A stretch of DNA of 64,000 bases. Source: Chiloscyllium plagiosum. Its lineage: Eukaryota. The stretch covers positions 25,156,969-25,220,968 of the forward strand of contig NC_057739.1 of NCBI RefSeq assembly GCF_004010195.1. The letters run 5' to 3'. The position numbers and the translations under genes are program-made. The notes beneath the pieces are model-generated. The model was not told the origin of the DNA, ran no database searches, and saw only the letters and a program-made list of their open reading frames with translations. Shown here piece by piece: positions 40,171 to 53,002 of this stretch. Each line of letters starts with the position of its first letter. The first letter of the stretch is position 1.

Positions 40171-41128
40171 CTGTCTGCCTTAATGTAGTTTTAAATTCTG
40201 AGGAAGAAACCTGAGGCATAAAATACAGAAAGATTTTTTACTCCCTCTCATCTCTTCAACCTTAGTAATTTAGAGCTACAGTCAAAATTTTAAGCAATTT
40301 ACTTTAAATTCAAGAACTGAAATTAAGAAAGTAAGGAGATCCAAGCAAAAGAAAAATCAATATTTCCAGAACTGTATTCTCATTTTCTTAATACTTTTGA
40401 AAGTATTTTTTTAAAGGCATAATTATGTTGTGAGGAAGGGATAGAGAGAAAGAAAGAAATTATTGTAACCTGGAAACTGGCAAGACGACCTTGCAGGAAA
40501 TACTTTACACGATACAATAAAAAGAACATCAGCAAGAGAATCTGTCTTCAAAAGCTTTAAACAGTTCTAAAGATCGGATTGAAGAATATCACATTCATAG
40601 AGCTTTTCTTGTTTTAATTGGGTTTGTACCTGACTCATGAACTTCACTTTGTACCTGCAGCATATGGTACTTTCAAGCAGAAATTGGCCCAAATAGATTC
40701 ATCTAAAAGTTAAACTGATATCAGTCAACAGGATAAAAGAATCAGTGTCTTTATTTGAGATCATCCGGCAAAAGTGAGAAAAAAAATTGACACACAATTG
40801 TGAAAAAAGTTCTTTCCAGTTCTATATATGCAAGTCAAGTGCTTCTGCATTAATTCTTACAGCAAAAAACCTCCACAAAACGTGTTCCTTATCTGGAAAC
40901 CAACTTGTTCTGGCTGGAATAGTTGGAAGGTGACCTGAAATGGATTTAAAAGTGGATTCTGGATTTACAATTGATCTCGGGTGCATAAAGACCACTACCT
41001 AATCATTTTTGGAAAGAACAACTCCAGAAACTGTAAGGAGACATTAAAGAAAATCAAAATGACAAAAAAACACATGCCTTTCTGCTTATCTAACTAAAAA
41101 TATACTTTTGCCAAACACATTTTATAAA

Positions 41129-41308
41129 TGATTTGGAGATGCCGGTGTTGGACTGGGATGCACAAAGTTAAAAATCACACAACACCAAGTTATAGTCCAA
41201 CAGGTTTAATTGGAAGCGCTAGATGGCTGATCAAGGAGCAGCGCTCCAAACGCTAGTGCTTCCAATTAAACCTGTTGGACTATAACCTGGTGTTGTGTGA
41301 TTTTTAAT
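41129..41308. mobile_element. Palindromic PLE cassette, family B, with mutated hammerhead (41227-41256)
   Basis: About 55-bp inverted arms; ctgatcaaggagcagcgctccaaacgctag; 10-bp TSD attttataaa at 41119-41128 and 41309-41318. Confidence 0.88.
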
Positions 41309-42414
41309 ATTTTATAAAGGCACTGTTCCTTTCGATGAAAGCTGAACACATCACTGACTTAAGAAAGCTAAAATCAAATAATTGTTGACACAAAAAGAGA
41401 AATATTCATTTGAAAATGGCTTCCCTTGGACCTGATTGTCTATCTACAACATGAAAGCACAAATCCAAGCTGACCCTCTGTGGGAACAAGAGCACAAACT
41501 CAGGCAGCATGTGAAACTTGTCACTATACTTGCTTACAGCTTTGAGCATCTAAGAGCGTTCGCTCAGTTGCTCTGTTGAGGCTGTCTTTTCCATGCAGTC
41601 TCGGACAGCCTTCTCATAAGCTCAGCAGAGACCCCGAATGGATGTGTGCAGTTGAATTCTGAATCTACGGGTCGACACCTCCAGCATTATAATTCAATGT
41701 CAAAGTTATGCTTTCAGTTCTCATTTACTGTTGTAATGACAATTTCCGAAACCTGACTGCAAGGAGCTGGATATTTGAATTATCAGTGGAATTCTGGGCT
41801 ACTTGACATTTTTAGTAATCAGCCTTCCCACACACCAAGCCTCAAATTGTTTGATGATGTACCCTATCCATGCAATTTGCACAAAAACATTTCTTTCACT
41901 CAAAAGTATATGATCAATTCTAAATCTTTGCTAAAGTTTGACTTTTAAACATAATTCATTTCTGCTGGAATGCTTATATATGAATGACAGATAGTTTTAC
42001 AACATAATGATAGGTTGTCATTGAATTGAGCCACTTAACATCATTGGACAAACTGAAGTTAATTCCCAAATGCTTTTATTTTTAATGAAGTTAAGGGCTG
42101 TTAAATGGAGATTGGCAGTAAATCTTTGTTCTTAATTATATGTACACAAATAATTTGTCAGTGTACTGTCTATTATGGTTCACTGTTAAATTAAACAAAT
42201 GCTGGAAATAATTTAATCTTATTACTGTATGTAGCATGGATGAGAGACATTTTGCACAATTCTTTTTCACTGAAGATAGTTTTTAATAACTTATACAATC
42301 ATAATAAGTGTAACACAAGTTTATTAATAACACTGTAACCTGAATGAGTCTTTTAGCATGTTACGTCATCAATTGAACTTATATTTATTAATATAGAAAA
42401 ATGGACAAACATAT

Positions 42415-43200
42415 TTTTTATTCACTGATGGGATATGGGTCTCACTGATTGCCCAGCATTTATTGCCCATCCCTAGTTGGCCTTTTGAAGGTAGTGGTGA
42501 GTTGCCTTCTTGAACCACTAAACTGCCATTTGGGATACACTTCAAGGGTTTTGACCCAAGACATTGATAATATATTTCCAAGACAGGATGGTAAGTGGTT
42601 TGGAGGGGAACTTGCAGGTGGTGGTGTTCCTATGTATTTGATGCCCTTGTCCTTCTTGATGGAAGTTGTGCTTTGGAACCATGGAACTTTGGTAATTTCC
42701 TGCTGTGCATCTTATAGATGGTACATGCTGCTGTAACTGACCATTGATGGTGGAGGGAATGAATTATGTGGATGTGGTGCCAATCAGGTGGACTGCTTTG
42801 TCCTGGATAGTGCCAAGCTTCTTGAGTGTTGTTGGAGCTGGACTCATCCAGGCAAATGAGGAGTATTCCATCATATTCTTTGTGCTTTGTAGATGGTGGG
42901 CAAGCTTTGGGAAGTCAGCAGGTGAGCTACTCATTGTGGGATTCCTCTAACCAGATCTTACGTCCACAGTATTCATATGGCTAATCTAGTTCAGTTTCTG
43001 GTCAATTGTAAACCCCAGGATGTTGATAATGTAGGATAGTTGATGTCATCGAATGTCAAGGGGTGATGGTTTAATTCTCTCTTGTTAGAGGTGGCTATTG
43101 TTGGCACTTGTGTGACTTGAGTCACACTTGCAACATCTCAGCCCAAACTTAGATATTGTCCAGACTTTGCTGCATTTGGACATGGACTGCTTCAGAGGCA
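42415..43200 (-). mobile_element. CR1/L2-group LINE 3' fragment
   Basis: Reverse complement of the 58.3-59.8 kb family; tail cagcatttattgcccatccctagtt. Confidence 0.85.
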
Positions 43201-43449
43201 TGTTCAGACAAAACTAGACACCAAACCAAATAAGGAGGCATTAAAAGAATTGATCAAACTTTTGTGCAAAAGGGTCCTAGGGCAGCAGTAAAGTCAATGC
43301 TTTCTCATGACTAATGTTTATTTCCCTTTATTCTGTTCGTACTGAGTGTATTGATCATTCCCTATAGAATAGAAATTTACTGAGGGAATTATTCTACTGG
43401 GATGCAAATGGTGCAAACATAACTGAAATGACTTTTAAAATGGAAATTA

Positions 43450-43757
43450 TAGAGTCATAAAATCATAGAGATGTACCGCACAGAAACCGATCCTTCGGTC
43501 CAACCCGTCCATCCAACCCGTCCATGCCAACCAGATATCCCAACCCAATCTAGACCCACCTGCCAGCACCCAGCCCATATCCCTCCAAACCCTTCCTATT
43601 CATATACCCATCTAGATGCTTTTTAAATGTCGTAATTGTAACAGCCTCCACCACTTCATCTGGCAGCTCATTCCATACACATACCACCCTCTGGGTGAAA
43701 AAGTTGCCCCTTTGGTCTCTTTTATATCTTTCCCCTCTCACCCTAACCCTATGCCCT
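43450..43757 (-). mobile_element. HER1/CR1 3' fragment
   Basis: GNFFTQRVVCVWNELPDEVVEA. Confidence 0.95.
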
Positions 43758-44114
43758 CCAAAAATATTTCATTAATAATAAAATCTGAAAATTGCAAATT
43801 AGACATTGAAGATTTACAGTGGTTACTATGAAAATCTTTAAAATTTGAGAATTTTGAAACAAAGAGCCAATTGGATTCAGATAGCTAGTTTTCAGGCGCA
43901 AACACAATTTTTCTTTTGACACGGACACAAGATGTATAGGGACACCTTTCCCTTGGGTTGGGAGCCTCTTAAATGCAAAACTAGTAACAGGGAAAAGTGT
44001 ACAACACTGTGGCCCAGATGTGCCAGCCAGAGTCTTTACTATTCAGCTTCCAAACAGAGTGAGTCACTTACAGACAAACATATAAACCATGCTGTACATC
44101 TCCATGACTCTATA

Positions 44115-45340
44115 AACATATGAAATAGGAACAGAAATAGGCCATTCAGGCTCTGTCTGCTCTGCCAGTCAATACGCTTATGACTGATCTGTTTGTGTTT
44201 CAAATTTCACACTCCTATCTACCGAAAAGCCCCTTGAATCTCCTGACCTAACCAGAATGTATCCACCTCCTGATCTAATCAGAACCTATCCACTTCCTGA
44301 CCCAAACAGAACCTGTCCACTTCCTGACCTAACCAGAGCCTGTCCACCTCCTAACCTAACCAGAAACTGTCCACCTCTGACTTAAAAATATTAGTTTGCA
44401 GGAATGGCGTGTACCAAAAGCTAATGGGATGCTATCCTTTACTACGAGAGGAATTAAAGATCAAAGTAAAGATGTTATGCTTCTGTTACACAGAACCTCC
44501 ACCAGCTTTTTAGGCAGAGAGTTCCAAAGCTGTATTACCTCTGAGAGAAAAAAAAAATTCCTAATCTCTGTCCAAAAATGGCAAGGCCTAATTTTAAAAC
44601 TGTGCCCCTACTTCTGGAATTACCGACAGGAGGAAACATCCTTTCCATAATCAGCTTGTCAAGATCATTCAGGATCTCACACTCTTCAATCAAATCAATC
44701 CCAACTGACTCTTCTAAACTCTAGTGAATCAAGCCCAGCCTGTCCAACTTATCCTCATAAAACAACTTGCTCATTCCAGGCTAATAAACCTCTGAATTGC
44801 CTTCAGTGCAGTTACATCCTTCCTTAAGTAAGGAGACTATAATTGTACTCAGTATTTGAGACTTGGTCTCATCTATGTCCTATGTAACTGAAACATAATA
44901 TCTTAACTTCTATCTTTAATTCCTCTCAGAATAAAGGATAACATCCCATTCACCTCCTTGTACCTGCATATTAATATTTTGTGATTCATACACAAGAACA
45001 AATGAATCTCTCAGCACCTTGGAATTCTACAGTCATTCTTCATTTAAATAATACTCTGGTTTTGCATTCCTCCTGCCAAAGTGAATAACTTCACATTTGC
45101 CAACATTATACTCCATCTGCCAGAGTTCTGCCCCTCGGTCAACCTATCTATATCAGTCTGCAAATTTTGTCACCTTTACAAACTAGTTTCTTATCAATCT
45201 TGGTGTCATCTGCAAATTTAGCTACCATACCTTTGCTCCCTTATCTCAGTCATTGACTGAAATTGTAAAAAGTTGAGGACCCAACAGAGATCCCTGTGGG
45301 ACTCCACACGTCACATCATGCCAATCAGGTGAAAACCCAT
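44115..45340 (-). mobile_element. Old CR1 RT and 3' fragment
   Basis: Reverse complement [21 protein letters not shown] (45195-45305); old CR1 tail at 44120. Confidence 0.85.
44241..44375. repeat. Minisatellite, 5 x 27 bp
   Basis: Unit about tcctgacctaaccagaacctgtccacy. Confidence 0.95.
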
Positions 45341-45639
45341 GATGCATTCATTGCTCTCTGTGAGTCAGTCAACCTTTAATCTATTCACAGATTGCCCTTC
45401 TTAACCACAGCACTTGCTAAAAAGGAAAATAAGATTTTGTGACAGAATATTGGCACTGTATTAATTTTTAATTATAAATGCAGAAAATGCTGGAAATACT
45501 CAACAGGCCAAGTAGCACATGGGGAGGGAGAAAAAGCATTAATGCTTCAGATATTAAATATTTCCAGAAACTATTATTTTTATTTTAGGTTTTGACATTC
45601 ACGGTTCTTTTTGTGGTGCTCAAATGTTGACATGGAAAT

Positions 45640-45812
45640 ATATGGGTCAAAATTCTGGAATTCCCTCTCTAAGGGCATTGTGGGTCAACCTCTAGCAGAT
45701 GGACTGCAGCAGTTTAAGATGGCAGCTCAGCACCAGCTTCTCAAGGGCAACTAGGGTTGGCCAATAATTGCTGGCCAGCCAAGATCCCAAGCCCCACGAG
45801 TGAATATAAAAA
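45640..45812 (+). mobile_element. CR1/L2-group LINE 3' tail
   Basis: ggactgcagcagtttaagatggcagctc..caagggcaactaggg. Confidence 0.75.
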
Positions 45813-45814
45813 AA

Positions 45815-46190
45815 AGGAGCAGGAGTAGGCCATTCGGCCCCTTGAGCCTGTTCTGTCATTCAATATGCTCATGGTTGATCATCCAATCCTGTTCTGGTTT
45901 TGGCCCCATAACTTTTGACCTTTTTAGCCCTAAAAACAATATCCAACTCCTTCTTGAAAACAATGAATGCAGGGAATTCCAAGACTCAACAGCGAAGAAA
46001 TGTTTCCTCATCTCAGTCCTGAATGGCCATAAAGTGTTGCCCTTGCTTCTGGACTCCCTGGTCATCAGGAACATCCTTCCTGCATTTACCCTGTCTAGAT
46101 CTGTTAGAATTTTGCAGGTTTCCATGAGATCTCCCTTATTTTTCTAAATTCACTGAATATCATCCTAACTGATCCAATCTTTATTCATAC
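45815..46190 (-). mobile_element. Old CR1 3' fragment
   Basis: ETCKILTDLDRVNAGRMF..FRTEMRKHFF. Confidence 0.85.
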
Positions 46191-46879
46191 TTCAGATATA
46201 TGTTTACATCCCTAGCCGTCTGATTTTGCTTTTATCTTGCACAGGACCTCAAAGTTCTGTCAAGTGATAGGGCTGAATGAATTTTACAGGAGATTGTGTT
46301 TGTAGCAGACTGTGTAAAAGAAACTTTGTAATAATTTGATCAAAAATGACTATTCTACTTATGTCCTTTCTACAGTTCAGATTGGAACAGCAGCTAATTA
46401 TAGAATCAGAGATGTTTACACCAGAAAAAGAACTTTGGTAGATTGCATACACACAAGTGCTTTGATGAATCATTTTCACAACTGCAATCCAAAATACCAT
46501 TGCCCTACTCTCTCCCTTTTCCCAGTATTATCCTTAGTTTTCAATATTAATCTTCCCTTAAAAATGCAATATTTTTCATCTTTATGGTTTCCAATGGCAA
46601 AACAATTCCCACTTCATAATGAAAAATCTCCCAATCTCTTGTAAGATGGACAAAGGTCTGTGAAGACCATCCTGAGAATTGTCTGGTGTAAAACTGAATT
46701 TAATTAACAGTTCTAGCATCATAGATGTTTACAGCAGAGAGAAAAAGGCCCTTTGTGCCATTGAGTCTGTGCTAGTCAAAATCAGCACCTAACTATCTTA
46801 ATTCAATTTCCTATAGCCTTGTACACCTTCACAAGGCTATACTTCTTAAATAATTCTTAAATTAAATTAAATACTTCTT

Positions 46880-47322
46880 AAATTAGATTAGATTCCCTAC
46901 AGCGTGGAACAGGCCCTTTGGCCCAACAAGTCCACACTGACCCTCCTGAAGAAGGGCTAATGCCCGAAACGTCGATTCTCCTGTTCCCTAGATGCTGCCT
47001 GACCTGCTGCGCTTTTCCAGCAACACATTTCCATCTCTGATCTCCAGCATCTGCAGACCTCACTTTCTCCTCTGAAGAGTAACCCACCGAAACCCATTTC
47101 CCTCTGACTAATGCACCTAATACAATGGGCAATTTAGCATGGCCAATTCACCTGACCTGCACATCTTTGGACTGTGGGAGGAAACCGGAGCACCCGGAGG
47201 AAGCCCACGCAGACACAGGGAGAATGTGCAAACTCCACACTGACAGTCGCCTGAGGCTGGAATCGAATCTGGAACCCTGGTGCTGTGATGCAGCAGTGCT
47301 AACTACTGAGCCACCATGCCAT
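46880..47322 (-). mobile_element. HE1 SINE interrupted by a PLE cassette, itself nested in an old CR1 (about 46720-48030)
   Basis: HE1 head at 47322, (agatt)n tail at 46882. Confidence 0.92.
46944..47071 (+). mobile_element. PLE cassette family A with intact hammerhead (46946-46975)
   Basis: cCUGAAGAAGGGCuaauGCCCGAAACGUC|ga, then the terminal repeat to cactttctcc. Confidence 0.9.
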
Positions 47323-47696
47323 GACGATTTCTGCCTCACCGTTCCTTGTAGAGAATGAGTTCCAGATTCCTACCACTTTCAAAGTGAAAAAAGTTTCCTC
47401 TCAATCTCTCTAACTTCCCGCCCCCTTCCCTTAAATCTATGTTCCCAGTCATTGATCCCTCCATCATGAGAAAAAAGTACCTTGCTATCTATAATCCTCA
47501 TAAATTTATACATCTCAATAACATCCCCCCCTTAGCTTCCTTTGCTCCAAGGAAAATAAGCCTTGTCTATCCATTTTTACTTCATAATAAAACTCTGAAA
47601 CCCGTGATATCCTGATAAATTTCCTCCAGTGCCATCACATCGCTTCTATAATGTGGATTTTAGAACTGCATGCAATACTTTACAATACTGTGGCCT

Positions 47697-47920
47697 TGGA
47701 GAAAGTGAGGACTGCAGATGCTGGAAATCAAGTCAAAAAGTGTGGCGCTGGAAAAGCACAGCCGGTCAGGCAGCATCCAAGGACCAGGAGAGTTGACATT
47801 TTGAGTATAAGCCCTTCATCAGGAATAACGTTCCTGATGAAGCGCTTCTGCCTGAAACATTGACTTTCCTGCTCCTCAGATGGTGCCTGACCTGCTGTGC
47901 TTTTCCAGTGCCCCACTTTT
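47697..47920. mobile_element. Palindromic PLE cassette family A with two opposed decayed hammerheads
   Basis: Minus motif 47794-47826, plus motif 47831-47863 (ctgatgaag..gaaac); 14-bp TSD caatactgtggcct at 47683-47696 and 47921-47934. Confidence 0.88.
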
Positions 47921-48606
47921 CAATACTGTGGCCTAACCAAAGTTTTATATGATTCCAGAGTAATCTCCCTGCTCTTAACTCTGTGTCTCAGCTAACAATC
48001 CCATCAGTTTTGTTAACCACTTTGACCAATTGACCTACCTGACAAAACTGTCCACCCCAGTACTAGCCCAAACACTGACCACAACACTATCTCATCATGA
48101 TCTGAAACCAGATTCCAATCAGCAACACACCCAGAAGCAATCCCATCCCATTAAACATAGTGCAGATTTAAATTATTTATAGGATTATTGCCTCTGGTTA
48201 CAAACCCTAGTTCAGGATTTGAGATTGAAATCTAACATGACACTTCATTGGAGTTCTGTGGGAGTGCTGCATTGTCAGAATCTGTGGTTTTGGGTATAAT
48301 TTTTTTTAAAAGATTCCCTTTTTGCCATGATAGCATTTCAGTAGGTAGAATCTTTCACTATATAAAGAGTCAATTAATGTGGGATTACTAATTAGTAGAT
48401 AATTGAATTAGCAAACACATATTTAACTAGAGTAGGAAAATAAATATTGTGGCAGTTTGGTGTCCTCTGTGAGTACAGAGTACTGTGAGCATATGATAGC
48501 AAGCTTTCACCATCGTTCTAGAGAAAACTACATCATACTATTGTAATAATGTTGAAAATAATAACTTCTCCAATGTGATTTATATCACCTTTAATACGTG
48601 GCACAA

Positions 48607-48710
48607 CACGTCCATCGTGAGGCAATACATGGACACACCCATTGCTCGGCAACACATAATCACACCCATCATGAGGCAACACATGACACCCATCACCATG
48701 CAACACAAAC
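48607..48710. repeat. Degenerate minisatellite, about 4 x 25-27 bp
   Basis: cacacccatcatgaggcaacacatg-like units. Confidence 0.7.
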
Positions 48711-51700
48711 ACACTGTTACAGATAGACCATAGTCAATAATGAACTTTCAGGGAAAATAGTTCAGAAAATCCCAGCAAAAATGTCCTATCCAACACAGAA
48801 ACCCAATAACTAGCTATAATGGGAAAAACCTCAACCAATACAACTACTAGTAGGCAGGACACTCTCAATTTACAATTAATTTCAAGGCAAAGTCAAGATC
48901 AAAAATGTTGCTTTAACCCTTTGCCTTGCACTGATCTTAATGCCAGCAAATCAGGACAAGGAACCTAGATGTAAAAATGTAAAAACTCCCAAAAGTACTG
49001 TCCGATGAAAATATAGACTGACTTTATAAAATATGAATAAATATAAAGAATTAATTAACAAAAGCAAGCCAAAATGAAGAGCTGCTCTGTTTTATAAAAA
49101 ATCCTTCACTGATAATAAAAAAGGAGCTTTCAATATTACCATCTTAAACCTTGAATAAAGTTTGATTCACTATCTAACAATATTGTACTAAACAATTGAC
49201 TATTTCAATAATCAGTATATCAAAGGATTAGGTGATACCATCCTACCTTCAAGGTAGTACCTTTTTTTAAAATATCAGTTGAAGATTACAATTTTGAAGT
49301 TACACCTTTAGCTTCTGGGCGAGCAGTTAAATTAATTAATTCTCTAAAGATTCACAGACGAGAGGGTTTCGGAATCCATGTGCTACGAAGATTTCTTGTT
49401 GTTAAAGGCTACAAGAATACTTAGAGATTCAGTTGTTGAGGCATCAGTAATCAAGACAGAGTTAATCCACGCCCAGTCTAGTTCAGAACTCCAGACCATA
49501 TATTACAACATGCTGTAACGAGTTGAGTAAAGCTTGTAGAACTGGACAGGGGCAGAGCATCATTGGTGTTCACAGAAGTGACAGAGCATGGAGTGCCTGT
49601 GATGTTCTTCTCATCAGTTCGTAGGCAGTTTTCGAAGGACATGCTGCAGAGGCAGATGACCGTGGGAGCTGCTACAAATAGTTTTACACAGAATCTCTAG
49701 GCTGCATGCTTCAGTAACCATGGAAGTAGAGAGAACTTCTTCCCATTTTCAGCTCTCTGCTGAGCTGATTCTGCTGTTCCTCTTCATTTGGGGTAGGTTA
49801 GCTGTCAGTCTTTTGTACTAAACTTTCTTCACTAACACCATGATCTAAAGTTTAGTTGACAGAGTAACTGCCTATTGAGGCAGCCAGGAATAGACTGGCT
49901 TAACTCAATCAACGTGGTCTTTATATCCAAAGCACTAAGCTGGATTGTTGGAGAGCTATTCGTATTTTGTTATCATGTGAGCTGAATCCTTTGTGCTGTG
50001 CCTGTCTGTATGGAGTAATACATAATACTTAAAAACTACATTTGAAAATCAACTTTGAATTTTATCTGATCATTTGATTTTCAAACAAGGCTGATGTCCT
50101 ATTTACCATAACTTACATTTAATTTTAAGTGGATTTAAGCTGCTTAACTTCTGAACCTATGAAACAAAAGCAGTTCACTGGCATTTTCTTGCAGTAACCA
50201 TAGTTACACCAGTTAGCAGTGTTTGATAATTACACTATAATAATTCACTGCGCTTTCTGGATGGATTGCAAGTTGGTCACAGTTATATTTGAAACTGCAA
50301 GATAACAGGAAATTCTCTGTTCCTATACCTACACATTTCATGGTTTCCTTCAATATTGAGATTAAGGATTAGTTCACACTGGTGCGTGTTTCAATTGAGA
50401 TGTTCAGACAGACTGTCATAAAAGTAACTTGTTTATTTTGTGGTGGAATATAAATTCATTAGGAACAGTAATGTCTAGGTTTAATATTTTAAACCCAATT
50501 AAGTAGTCAGAAAAGTCACATTGGGTACATGGCTCTGGCTGTAAGATAAACATAAAAAAGGAATTACCAGTTAAAAAAAAAGTGCAAAAGACTTCAGAAA
50601 TTACATTGGGCTTAAAGGTATAATCTTTTCTTGCATTGCTTTAAGTAAAATAATCAATGATAGGGAAGGTAACTAGGAAAGTCGGGAAGGGGTTTCGATC
50701 TAGTTGTTTATCCAGCTATATTGTTATTCAAGTTTCTCCTCTAAATGATATTTTTCATTAGCCCATTAGAATGGTTTCTTCAGTGTAATTTTGAAGTTAT
50801 ATAGATGTTTAAGTTTACATTTGTCATAAGTCACCCATTTTAATTTTATTAATCTTCTTAACATTTTGCAAAAAGTTAATAAATACTTGCAATGGAAGCA
50901 TGTGGATGATGTCGGAAATCAATTAGTTATAGGCTTTATAGGCTTTAAGTTATAGGCTTTAAGTTATAGATACAGTGGAACCGTTTCAGAAACCGCAGAT
51001 GACATTTGAAAGAATATAATCTTCTTCTTCTTCTGTCTGAAAGGTTAGCTGTTGATGATTCTGACATTGAGTGGGCCAGATGGCAGTGCCAGATGAATGT
51101 TACCATTAGGACTGTTTCTTGTGACCTCTGCCTGTGCTTTTAACCAGCTCTATTTGTTCATGTCGCAGATCCTGTGCTGGTCCTACCCAGATCAAGGCCA
51201 GTGACGTATATAAATCTCCTAATTTGAGCTCTGTCTTGGGATCCGTAAATGGCTGATCATGGTCTAAGACAGTTGATAAAATTTGTTCAACTGTTGAATT
51301 CAACAGCATTTCAAATATCTATTTTTTCTGTAATTCACAACAGTTTGAACATATTTATCTCTTGAAAATGTATGTTACAGTGAACATGTGGATCCTATTG
51401 CCAACATTCATACAAACTAAAGCCAAATTTGGTCCTCTGAACTTGAACACTTGTGGTCTGTACGGTTACTTAATGCACAAATTGTTGTGTGCAAAAGAAA
51501 TATACTTATCCTGTAGGGGTGGAGAGGAGTGTATTATTTGAAGATGGCTTTGAATATTCCTGGTTGCTTCATTAGCTAAGAATGCAGTGGGGCTTTCCTA
51601 TTCTTTCGTCTCAAACCACGTCACTGTTTTTCAATTAACTGTTGCTATGGGAAACAGAAGAATTTGCCAACACTGAATGCACAAGACTTCAAACTGCTTT

Positions 51701-52816
51701 CAGGCTAGCTGTGGTGCTTTATGTCTGATAGATGATTGTTAGGATTTCAATGCTGCTGTGTTTGGCTGGTACTCCAAATTGAGTTTCAGTGTGTGTCATT
51801 GGATTTCTGCTTCTTGTGTGCTCCTGTCTTCAGAATTTATTAATTCCACAGACACTGGAAGCAGCATTGCCTATGGACTTAGCCAAGCCTTTAGAAAAAT
51901 TTGTCTGTTTGTGGAACACCTAGGGTTCTGAAAGCAATGTTTCTACATTTCTCAATCAAATTTGCATTTTAAAGCAAAACTCTTTGGTGTGGAGCAAATA
52001 TTAATTTCTAATGAAGCTGTAAATGAACCTTCTTTACATTGCTTACCAGATAGGGTTTTTCCAACAGTTGGCGATGGTTTCAGAGTCTTCATTAGACTCT
52101 TAACTCCAGAGTTGTTATTGAATTCAAACTTTTTTCACTGTTTACTCAAGATAAAGAACTTGATTTCTGTTGACAGTAATCACTGTTAATTGAGTGAACT
52201 TCATTATTTTATGTATTCTTTTAAAAACATTGCAACAATCTCTTTTTAAAAAGTAAACTAGGTGTTAGATTTACACCATGGTTGATAATAAAGCAATAGT
52301 TCCTCTTTGAAATTTGAAGATGATGGGATCTTATTCAAGCTCATCACTTTACATCTGAAACATTATTTTATCAAGTGAAGGAAATGATTCTAATGAAAAC
52401 TACAACACTAGTATTAATAACTGAACAAAACTATCTCTTCACTTAGAAATTTGAAATTTTTAAGCTACGTGATGCAACAGCAATTTGTTTTTACAATTAC
52501 ATCTCTGTAATGAGTGTTGCTAGTAGCTTTTAGCACTCACTCAACACAGGCTTTGAACTTTTAAATGGTCTCCTGCCATATGGCTCATTGACACATTAAT
52601 TCTCACTGATTGAAAGTTGTTCTAGTTGTCAGAACAGTCATGACTAACATTGGAATAGGTCATCTATCTGTCCTTTGGAAATGATCCATGAGAGAGGGAA
52701 CCCAAAAATGGAGAGAACAACTGAAACTATATGAAATAATTTTATTTTATTAGATATTAGAATGAAAAGTCACATTTCCATTTTGATGACATTATGAATA
52801 AAATTCAATGATACTA

Positions 52817-53002
52817 CAGGTAATTCTTCTATAACACGATCTTGTGTGACCCCGCATTATAGAAAAATTGCACTTTGGAAAAAGCATTTAAAGTGCTAGT
52901 GATGTAAAAACCATTTCCGCTGTAGAAACCATGTCCCCAATTTGTCAATCATGTTACAGCGAATTCACGCTCACAAAATGCACATTACATCAGAACGACC
53001 TG
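52817..53002. mobile_element. Tc1/mariner (Tigger/pogo-like) MITE
   Basis: TA TSD on both sides; imperfect TIRs CAGGTAATTCTTCTATAA / CAGGTCGTTCTGATGTAA. Confidence 0.75.

Noticed and set aside
44241-44375. CRISPR-like array (also 48607-48710)
   Set aside because: Head-to-tail units with no unique spacers; eukaryotic minisatellites
46376-46437. Candidate 62-nt exon after tcctttctacag
   Set aside because: Weak donor (gtagat), no recognisable peptide, no partner exons
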